From a virus (Duplodnaviria > Heunggongvirae > Uroviricota > Caudoviricetes), in IMG/VR virus record IMGVR_UViG_3300026737_000001: 64,000 nucleotides of DNA, one strand, 5' to 3'. Position numbers and translations under genes: made by a program. The notes under the pieces were generated by a model. The model was not told the origin of the DNA and did not search any database. It saw only the letters and a program-made list of their open reading frames with translations. This document shows, in pieces, positions 57,745 through 64,000 of the stretch; within the stretch, counting starts at the first letter, position 1; the number at the start of each line of letters is the position of its first letter.

Positions 57745-57977
57745 TACTCCTCCACCTTTCTAATAAGCAAATTCTTTTCTTTGGTTGAGTGAGAACAGGT
57801 AAGGACTTTGCATCTTCTACACCATTCATACTTACTATTCTTATTTTCACATCTATAATCAATAGGACAAGGGGCGTACTGAGAGCACTCAATGCCTTCA
57901 TAGTAGCCATCCTTATACCTAATTACTCTTTCTCCGAACGGACCTTCAAATTCTTCATGTTTTTCTGCTACACCCAT
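57744..57977 (-). CDS. Cys-rich small protein
   Basis: Seven Cys in 77 aa. Confidence 0.3.
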   Translation of the reverse strand: MGVAEKHEEFEGPFGERVIRYKDGYYEGIECSQYAPCPIDYRCENKNSKYEWCRRCKVLTCSHSTKEKNLLIRKVEE

Positions 57978-58097
57978 CGGGTAAGCACCTCCTTAATATT
58001 AACACATAAACATATGTTTTGCAAGGGTCATAATCACAATTTCATCAAATTTTAAATAGCAATTTATTACATAATTCGACAACAAAGTGAATAAGCT

Positions 58098-59228
58098 TTA
58101 ATTTTGATAAATCAAATTGTTGTAATACTCAACTTCTCCTTCTGTTGCCTCGACAAATAATGCATATTCAGGAACGAACTTATAATAAAGCCTTCCTTTA
58201 TATGAACTTTGTTTATTTTTGTCGAAATGAACTTCAACTATAGGATTTTTACCTGGCCTATCCTGACTTCTGTAAAACACGGCTGCGTTCTGCTGCTCTA
58301 GTCCAACCTCATTGTAAAGCATAAGGCATGCTGTTGCTCGGTAAACAATCTTTCCAGCTTCTTTGATATCCTCTTTTACTGGCCTAACATTTGTATGGCC
58401 AGATGAGCCCTTTCGTAGTTCAGCTGTACACCAGATTGGAATATTAAATTTTTCAGAAAGATTTCTTAACCTATCAGCTATATCGCTGTATTTTTCTTTT
58501 TCGCTGTAGTATGTCTTATCTTCTGATGTAAGGTCGTGAAAATTATCAATTTGTACAAAAAGTTTTCTGTCAGAACCTATCTCCTCTAAATAATTTAAAT
58601 GCTTTTCCACTTCCTTTTCAACAAGCTCAATCGATTTACCTTTGTCCTGGTCGATGATTTTAAATCTATCTAAAGAAGAATACAAATCTCTAATCCCATC
58701 TTTCCTTTTCTCAAGTATCGTTGGGTAGTCTAAATATCTTTCAGGAAGTCTAATTGCGTTAATAGGTATATTCTTTTCAGATGCAACAATTCTTGGCAGT
58801 AAATCCTTACTGCCGTCATCAAAAGAAAAATACAAACTATAAACATCACCAGCAATAGATGATTGGTTAGCTACATATAACAAAAAACTTGATTTACCAA
58901 CATTGGACTGAGCTCCGACAAATACTAAACCTGACTGAATACCCATAAATTTATCATCTAAAAGTTTAAACCCTGTAGAGAAACCTTCGCCTCTTTCCCA
59001 GGCTACCTTGTCGGAATTTAAAATTGTATAGTACATTTCTTTTTCTATGTCATTTAACTCATCTGGTTTGATATTTGAATTGACTAATAAATCTTCTATA
59101 GGAATATCTTCTTTTTCTATCTCCTTTTCTGGAGTATCTTCTTCTATATCTATTTCTTCTTCTAACCATTTTTGAAAATCATACTCCTCTTCACTTTCTA
59201 AAAAGTTTTCTATTGCAGTTGTGCTCAT
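58098..59228 (-). CDS. DnaB-like replicative helicase (RecA-fold C-terminal domain)
   Basis: Walker A 'GLVFVGAQSNVGKSSFLLYVA', Walker B 'LFVQIDNFHDL'. Confidence 0.55.
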   Translation of the reverse strand: MSTTAIENFLESEEEYDFQKWLEEEIDIEEDTPEKEIEKEDIPIEDLLVNSNIKPDELNDIEKEMYYTILNSDKVAWERGEGFSTGFKLLDDKFMGIQSGLVFVGAQSNVGKSSFLLYVANQSSIAGDVYSLYFSFDDGSKDLLPRIVASEKNIPINAIRLPERYLDYPTILEKRKDGIRDLYSSLDRFKIIDQDKGKSIELVEKEVEKHLNYLEEIGSDRKLFVQIDNFHDLTSEDKTYYSEKEKYSDIADRLRNLSEKFNIPIWCTAELRKGSSGHTNVRPVKEDIKEAGKIVYRATACLMLYNEVGLEQQNAAVFYRSQDRPGKNPIVEVHFDKNKQSSYKGRLYYKFVPEYALFVEATEGEVEYYNNLIYQN

Positions 59229-59908
59229 TTATTTACACCCCTCTTCTTTAGGTAAGCTTTATAGAAGGGGTGTACTTTTCCAGAGCTTGAATTTTTGACA
59301 TTTTCCATTCTTTTTTTACCTTCTTTTGTATAGTATATTATCGACTCAGCAACTTTTGTATCCCAGTTCTCTACACTTCCAAGCCTTTTTATTTCGTCTA
59401 TTGTAAATAATAATAAATCTAAATCATAAGATTTTAAGTATCCATTTATTCTTTTTTTATTTCTATCATAAAGAGTCTCATCTTTATCTTTAATATCAAG
59501 TCTTTCGTAAAAATGCTGTACCAAATCCTCTGCTGTAAAAGACTCAACAAGCTCCAAATAAAAAGGTTCTTTTTTCTCGATTATTTTTCCTTCAATTGAA
59601 ATATCAAGAGAGGCAGGCTCCGAAATTTTATGAAGCCTGCTGTTGTAATAAAACTTATCCTCAAGAAGGTTATTTGGCTTTTTTAGAGGAGGGGTGCTAT
59701 TAAGGTATGGAACATCGTTTAAACTCTGCACTCCCTCTATGCTGTTGATATCGCAAGATACAATCCTGTTTGTGATGTTGGCTATAGTCCAGCCCTGACT
59801 GAGTAAGTTTTTTGACTGTTCATATATCTGTTTAACATATTTTTTTGAAGGTACAGTCTTTGGGTGCAAAACCAGAAAAAAGCACCTTACTATATCATCT
59901 ATTTTCAC
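59225..59908 (-). CDS. hypothetical replication-associated protein
   Basis: ORF overlapping the helicase start. Confidence 0.3.
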   Translation of the reverse strand: MKIDDIVRCFFLVLHPKTVPSKKYVKQIYEQSKNLLSQGWTIANITNRIVSCDINSIEGVQSLNDVPYLNSTPPLKKPNNLLEDKFYYNSRLHKISEPASLDISIEGKIIEKKEPFYLELVESFTAEDLVQHFYERLDIKDKDETLYDRNKKRINGYLKSYDLDLLLFTIDEIKRLGSVENWDTKVAESIIYYTKEGKKRMENVKNSSSGKVHPFYKAYLKKRGVNK

Positions 59909-60489
59909 ACAGCCTTACCTCCTGCCTCCAAATCTATTTTTCCCTGCAGAAAATCGTTAAAATCCTCTATATTCTTTGGTAGAATATCTCCTACACTTTT
60001 TGAATTATCATCAAAAAATTCATGCACATAAGGCATTAACTCGCTGTTAGTCTTAAGTCTTAGTTTAGATTTTAACTCCTGAAGTTTTGTTACATCTGCT
60101 GCATAAAAGATACTACTTTTGGTTGTCCATTTATTCATATCCTCATCAGTCAGTTCCGATTTTAAAATCTTTTCATTTTCATTTTGCGGTTCTTTCCTTT
60201 TAGTCTCTATATTAGCAACTTTACTTTTATCTTTTTTAAGGCTAAAGCCTATATCAAAACTATCAACAAGCTCAACCACAAGCTCAGAGATTTTGTTTTC
60301 TATCTCTGTTTTTTTTAAAAGTTTGTCTGATAAAAAACCAATAGCTGTGTTAGTGCCAATATCATCAAGGGTAAGTGATACTTTAATTCTTGCCCCCAAC
60401 TCTTTTGGCCCTTTTACATCTAAATCTAAATCAATCTTAGGCTTGAAACCTTTACTCCTAAGTTTTGCAAAGTGTTTTAAATAATTCAT
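59905..60489 (-). CDS. hypothetical protein
   Basis: ORF. Confidence 0.3.
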   Translation of the reverse strand: MNYLKHFAKLRSKGFKPKIDLDLDVKGPKELGARIKVSLTLDDIGTNTAIGFLSDKLLKKTEIENKISELVVELVDSFDIGFSLKKDKSKVANIETKRKEPQNENEKILKSELTDEDMNKWTTKSSIFYAADVTKLQELKSKLRLKTNSELMPYVHEFFDDNSKSVGDILPKNIEDFNDFLQGKIDLEAGGKAV

Positions 60490-60502
60490 TTAATACCTCC
60501 TT

Positions 60503-60802
60503 TTACTCTATTGTTGCTATAATGTCTCTTTCATTTATCAACCATAAATCTTCTCCGTCAACTTCAATTTTATGACCTGCATACTGCTTATAAAGTATTT
60601 CGTCACCTTTATTAACACTTGTTTCAATTAGTTTATTTGAATTAGGAGTTTTTCTACCTGGTCCAGCCTCAATTACCTCTCCTTTTAAAACTTCATATTT
60701 TTCAGTTTGCTTTTCAGGAATAATAAGTCCCGATTTTGTTTTTGTCTTACCTTCTTTTTCTTCTCTTTTAACTAAAATAAAGTCATGCATTGGTTTAATC
60801 AT
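60503..60802 (-). CDS. groES: co-chaperonin GroES (Cpn10)
   Basis: 'IKPMHDFILVKREEKE...GLIIPE...GEVIEAGPG...GDEILY'. Confidence 0.7.
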   Translation of the reverse strand: MIKPMHDFILVKREEKEGKTKTKSGLIIPEKQTEKYEVLKGEVIEAGPGRKTPNSNKLIETSVNKGDEILYKQYAGHKIEVDGEDLWLINERDIIATIE

Positions 60803-60946
60803 TTATTTTCAGCCCTCTCTATAATTTCTTTTTTCATTAATTCTATTTCTTCTTCTCTTTCTAATGTGTAATTAGATGTTTGAAATACAATATTTCTTTC
60901 AAGCTCTTTAACTAGGTCATGAGTTGGGATTATCTTAATCATTTTC

Positions 60947-61498
60947 TTATCCATTTTTTACAAACTCTCTATCACGGAAACTCATACTTCCTGTTGCTCC
61001 GTTTTGACCATTGTATTTCCCGTTGTATAAATTGTCAGGTACATTTTTAGTTTCTGCAAATACAAGCTGACAAATTCTTGTTCCCGGAGTTAATTCTATT
61101 GGGATTTCATTGGAATTATATAACTCTAATGTAATTTGACCCCAAAAGCCGTTATCGACCCACCCTGCATTCTCAATAAAAAGACCAAGCCTGCCAATTG
61201 AACTCCTGCCTTCAACAAAGGCTGCTATTTTACCGTCAAGTCTTACGCTTTCTTTTGTTGTAGCCAAAACAAATTGATGAGGTTTTAGGACAAACTTCTC
61301 ATCTTTTTCTAAAATTAATTCTTCGTATTCTGTTTTTTGATTAAATTTTATAATTTCATTTTCTTTTTTAATCAAAGAAAAACTATTTCCAAGCCTTAAG
61401 TCTACGGAAGCGGGTTCAATCTGCTCTTTTTTTAGAGGTCTTATATCTATAAAGCCAGCCTCCATGTTTCGTTTAATATCTTTATCCGACAAAATCAT
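60947..61498 (-). CDS. dcd: dCTP deaminase
   Basis: 'MILSDKDIK...GFIDIRPL' N-terminus and 'VDNGFWGQITLE'. Confidence 0.7.
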   Translation of the reverse strand: MILSDKDIKRNMEAGFIDIRPLKKEQIEPASVDLRLGNSFSLIKKENEIIKFNQKTEYEELILEKDEKFVLKPHQFVLATTKESVRLDGKIAAFVEGRSSIGRLGLFIENAGWVDNGFWGQITLELYNSNEIPIELTPGTRICQLVFAETKNVPDNLYNGKYNGQNGATGSMSFRDREFVKNG

Positions 61499-61853
61499 CT
61501 ATTCTAACTTCCTCTCTCAATTTAATTTTATTGTACAAATCTTTATTTTTAAATATATTACCTACAATTTCATAATTTTCATTTTGGTAAAATGGACTGA
61601 TTACTTTATTATCCTTGTAATAGCATTCAAGGTACCAGCCATTTAAAGTCTTTCCATTATAACTAAACTTTCCTCTTTTTAAAATTGATATATACTTTTT
61701 GTATTTCAAAATATCATTTTCATATATTAAATTATTATTAATATCTGAACAACCGGGAGAGCCCATTGAGCCTTCGCTCTCCCAACTGTAAATTAAATGG
61801 TTCATTTCGCTTCCGTCCCAGGTTCTTATAGGCTCAAAAAACATCAAAAACAT
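61482..61853 (-). CDS. hypothetical protein
   Basis: ORF. Confidence 0.3.
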   Translation of the reverse strand: MFLMFFEPIRTWDGSEMNHLIYSWESEGSMGSPGCSDINNNLIYENDILKYKKYISILKRGKFSYNGKTLNGWYLECYYKDNKVISPFYQNENYEIVGNIFKNKDLYNKIKLREEVRIDDFVG

Positions 61854-61859
61854 CCTCTC

Positions 61860-62600
61860 TTAAAGATTCATTATATTTCTATTTACAATATATTCAGGCA
61901 TTAAGGGTAAAATATTTTCTGTAATAACCTGTAATCTTCTCACATCATTACTGCAATGAATTATTTGCGTTTCTTGAAACTCATCAAAACCAATCTCACC
62001 TTTTTTGTACTGGTTGACAAGTTCTCCAACATCTATATATGGATATTCTTCTTCCTTTTTAGGGTCAAAGAAGTTAATATAAACATCCTGTAGAGAATTT
62101 GATTCTGATGTAGTTACTGAATCTCTTCCACACCAGTCACATCCTTCTGCTTCCTCAAGTTCCATTAATCTTTTATATGTGTCTTTAGTTGTTGTGTACT
62201 TAATAGAATTGGCAAAAGCAAGCTCCATTAGGTCATCTTTTCTAAGTGATGACTTTGAAGGCAATTTAACTTCGTAAGTTTTAGTATCAAGGTGTCCTTG
62301 AACAATTGGCATCATATCTAAATGTCTTCTGCTTTTAAAAGGCCATTTTAAATTATTTTTTAAAGCCTGTGTTCTTAAAAATGGCAGGTCAAATCCTCCA
62401 CGATAAGTCTGTGTATTATAACCTACAAGTATTGCTCCTGATAAAGTTTGGCAATAGCTTAGGAAAGTTTCAAGACTTCTAAAATCTAAAACTTTATTTT
62501 CTTTTCTTATTATTGCACAAACAAAATCATCTTCTAGACCTGACAATCCTGTTGTTTCAATATCAAAATAGTGCGGTATTAAACCTTCTATTTTATACAT
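61860..62600 (-). CDS. DEDD-family 3'-5' exonuclease (DnaQ/RNase T-like)
   Basis: Exo I motif 'YFDIETTGL'. Confidence 0.5.
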   Translation of the reverse strand: MYKIEGLIPHYFDIETTGLSGLEDDFVCAIIRKENKVLDFRSLETFLSYCQTLSGAILVGYNTQTYRGGFDLPFLRTQALKNNLKWPFKSRRHLDMMPIVQGHLDTKTYEVKLPSKSSLRKDDLMELAFANSIKYTTTKDTYKRLMELEEAEGCDWCGRDSVTTSESNSLQDVYINFFDPKKEEEYPYIDVGELVNQYKKGEIGFDEFQETQIIHCSNDVRRLQVITENILPLMPEYIVNRNIMNL

Positions 62601-62645
62601 TTAATCTCCTCCTTTTATAAGGAAGGTACAAGACCCTCCTTATCT

Positions 62646-63419
62646 TTAATCTTCGATTTTTTCTTCTTTTATTTTTTCTTTTACTTTTTCTATAATTTCT
62701 AATAACTTTTCTTCATCTTTAATCTCAGAAACAAGGGCTATATCCCTTTCTTTTCCCATTTTTTCGAGTTCATCAAAAACAATATCCTGTGTTATTGATT
62801 GGTTCTTTTTCCATAGCTGTCTAATTTCTTCTATATTATTATCTTTATGCTCGCTTTTTTTCTGAACTGGAATATCTTTTTTTGTTTTTTTCTTTTTAGG
62901 CTTGGGAGCCTCCTGTTTAATCTTAGGAGAATCCATTTCAGGGTCATCACCAGTGCTCAACATGAAATTGTTGATAAGAAAGTATTTAATAGCACCCGTA
63001 TAAGCTTTATAGATGTGCTTGTCGCCTTCGTCTAAAGCATAGCCTGAATATAAAAGCTTGACTTTTGCCCCAGTATCACCACATCGTAAGGTAAAGTACA
63101 TGCCTAATTCAATTTCTGTTGAGTTACCTCTTTGAGTTTGGACCTGCTTTTTGCTGTATCCCTTTACTTCACTTGAAATCCATAAATTTTCTTCAGCACA
63201 TAATGGCCTTAGCGCTTCTTTAATATCTTCAGCTGTTGCATATTCATAATCATCATATTTGTTGTAACCACTCTTTTTTATTTTACCTACTTTACCCATA
63301 ATTTTTGCTACTTTAGAATAAAGTGTTGCTAAATCTTTCTTGCTTCCGACCTCATCTATTTCCTCAACCTTTTCTTTTGCTTCGGTATTTATATCATAAA
63401 CAGTAGCTCTATTTTCCAT
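62646..63419 (-). CDS. ERF-family single-strand annealing protein (putative)
   Basis: 'KSGYNKYDDYEYATAEDIKEALRPLCAEENL' resembles the ERF core. Acidic Lys/Glu tail. Confidence 0.4.
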   Translation of the reverse strand: MENRATVYDINTEAKEKVEEIDEVGSKKDLATLYSKVAKIMGKVGKIKKSGYNKYDDYEYATAEDIKEALRPLCAEENLWISSEVKGYSKKQVQTQRGNSTEIELGMYFTLRCGDTGAKVKLLYSGYALDEGDKHIYKAYTGAIKYFLINNFMLSTGDDPEMDSPKIKQEAPKPKKKKTKKDIPVQKKSEHKDNNIEEIRQLWKKNQSITQDIVFDELEKMGKERDIALVSEIKDEEKLLEIIEKVKEKIKEEKIED

Positions 63420-63483
63420 TTTGAAGCCTCCTTTTTTATTCTTAAGTTAAGTATATCAAACAAAACTAAATTATTCAAGTTCT

Positions 63484-63879
63484 TTAGTTTTCATTATCAA
63501 TTTTTTTAAAATATTTTTTCATTTTTTCATCAAGCTCTTCTTTGCATTTTTCTGAACAAACGGGAACTTTTCCATAAAGAGTTTTGACAAACATACTCCA
63601 TTGATGTATTGGTGTTGCAATATAATAATCACAGTTTGAACATTTACCAACTGGTTTTGGTTCATAATGTTCGCAATTTTTTGCCAACTCACTTTCGTCC
63701 CAATCATGTGACTCCATAAATTTAATAGTGACATGTGCATTAGAACATTCATTTAGCTCAGGTATTATCTGAAAATCTTCAGTTACAATACTTTCTATAT
63801 TTCTAGAATGTTTACAATTTTTACAATGTTTTTTAGGCATTTTACACCTCCTTTTTATATTTTTTGGATTTTTTTGCAT
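63484..63879 (-). CDS. Cys-rich zinc-binding protein
   Basis: 'CKNCKHS', 'CSNCDY' and 'CSEKC' pairs. Confidence 0.35.
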   Translation of the reverse strand: MQKNPKNIKRRCKMPKKHCKNCKHSRNIESIVTEDFQIIPELNECSNAHVTIKFMESHDWDESELAKNCEHYEPKPVGKCSNCDYYIATPIHQWSMFVKTLYGKVPVCSEKCKEELDEKMKKYFKKIDNEN

Positions 63880-63902
63880 TTCTTTTTTCTTAATGTTATA
63901 AT
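63875..63902 (+). promoter_or_regulatory. sigma70-type promoter TTGCAT-16-TATAAT in the divergent region
   Basis: Seen directly. RBS GGAGG at 63921 and ATG 63937 follow. Confidence 0.5.
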
Positions 63903-63936
63903 ATCAATACTAGCAAAATTGGAGGATTGATATATT

Positions 63937-64000
63937 ATGAGCGATGAATTTGATAAAAATAAACTTTATTGGTTCAACCCTCAAAAAGAAAATAGCAAGT
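63937..64000 (+). CDS. hypothetical protein (3' partial; runs off the window)
   Basis: GGAGG-9nt-ATG. 'MSDEFDKNKLYWFNPQKENSK'. Confidence 0.4.
   Translation, partial: MSDEFDKNKLYWFNPQKENSK

Noticed and set aside
1-64000. CRISPR arrays, tRNA or rRNA genes
   Set aside because: No regularly spaced direct repeats and no cloverleaf-like conserved tRNA motifs were recognised by eye in intergenic regions. This cannot be fully excluded without tRNAscan or CRT.
1-64000. Alternative genetic code (stop-codon reassignment as in some megaphages)
   Set aside because: Long ORFs, including the 2100-aa and 1013-aa genes, are intact under the standard code with all three stops used as terminators.

Overview
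This window reads as a segment of a large, low-GC virulent (jumbo-like) bacteriophage genome. It could be a prophage; the host is probably an anaerobic Gram-positive bacterium, judging from the Amidase_3 endolysin and the class III anaerobic RNR. All calls below are by-eye motif recognition, with no database searches.

Positions 1-19806 (+ strand) are a late region. It holds paralogous tail-fibre-like proteins and a 2100-aa LamG-repeat adhesin. After these comes an AT-rich accessory cassette with two paralogous ParB/Srx-fold proteins and three tandem paralogous radical-SAM enzymes of unusual type, which is the best candidate for a new system. Carbohydrate enzymes (a NeuB-like fragment and a GH13 amylase-like protein) and a lysis module of amidase plus holin-like membrane proteins follow.

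Positions 19850-63879 (- strand) are a long early/replication block. It holds thioredoxin, an ArfB-like GGQ peptidyl-tRNA hydrolase, SNase, phosphoesterases, CTP synthase PyrG, an HslV-like peptidase, an SPFH protein and a DnaD-like initiator. It also holds a bactofilin-like protein, RecJ, and a dnaE gene split into three exons by two group I-like introns, each carrying a LAGLIDADG homing endonuclease. Further on are an NCS2 uracil permease, NrdG-like activases, guanylate kinase, an anaerobic RNR NrdD carrying a LAGLIDADG intein, a sigma factor, RuvC, Tmk, DnaB-like helicase, GroES, dCTP deaminase, a DEDD exonuclease and an ERF-like annealing protein.

An IS200/IS605-family (IS1341-type) TnpB element with conserved subterminal hairpins and a strongly expressed RHH passenger gene sits between pyrG and a phage gene. 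No CRISPR arrays or tRNAs were recognised.
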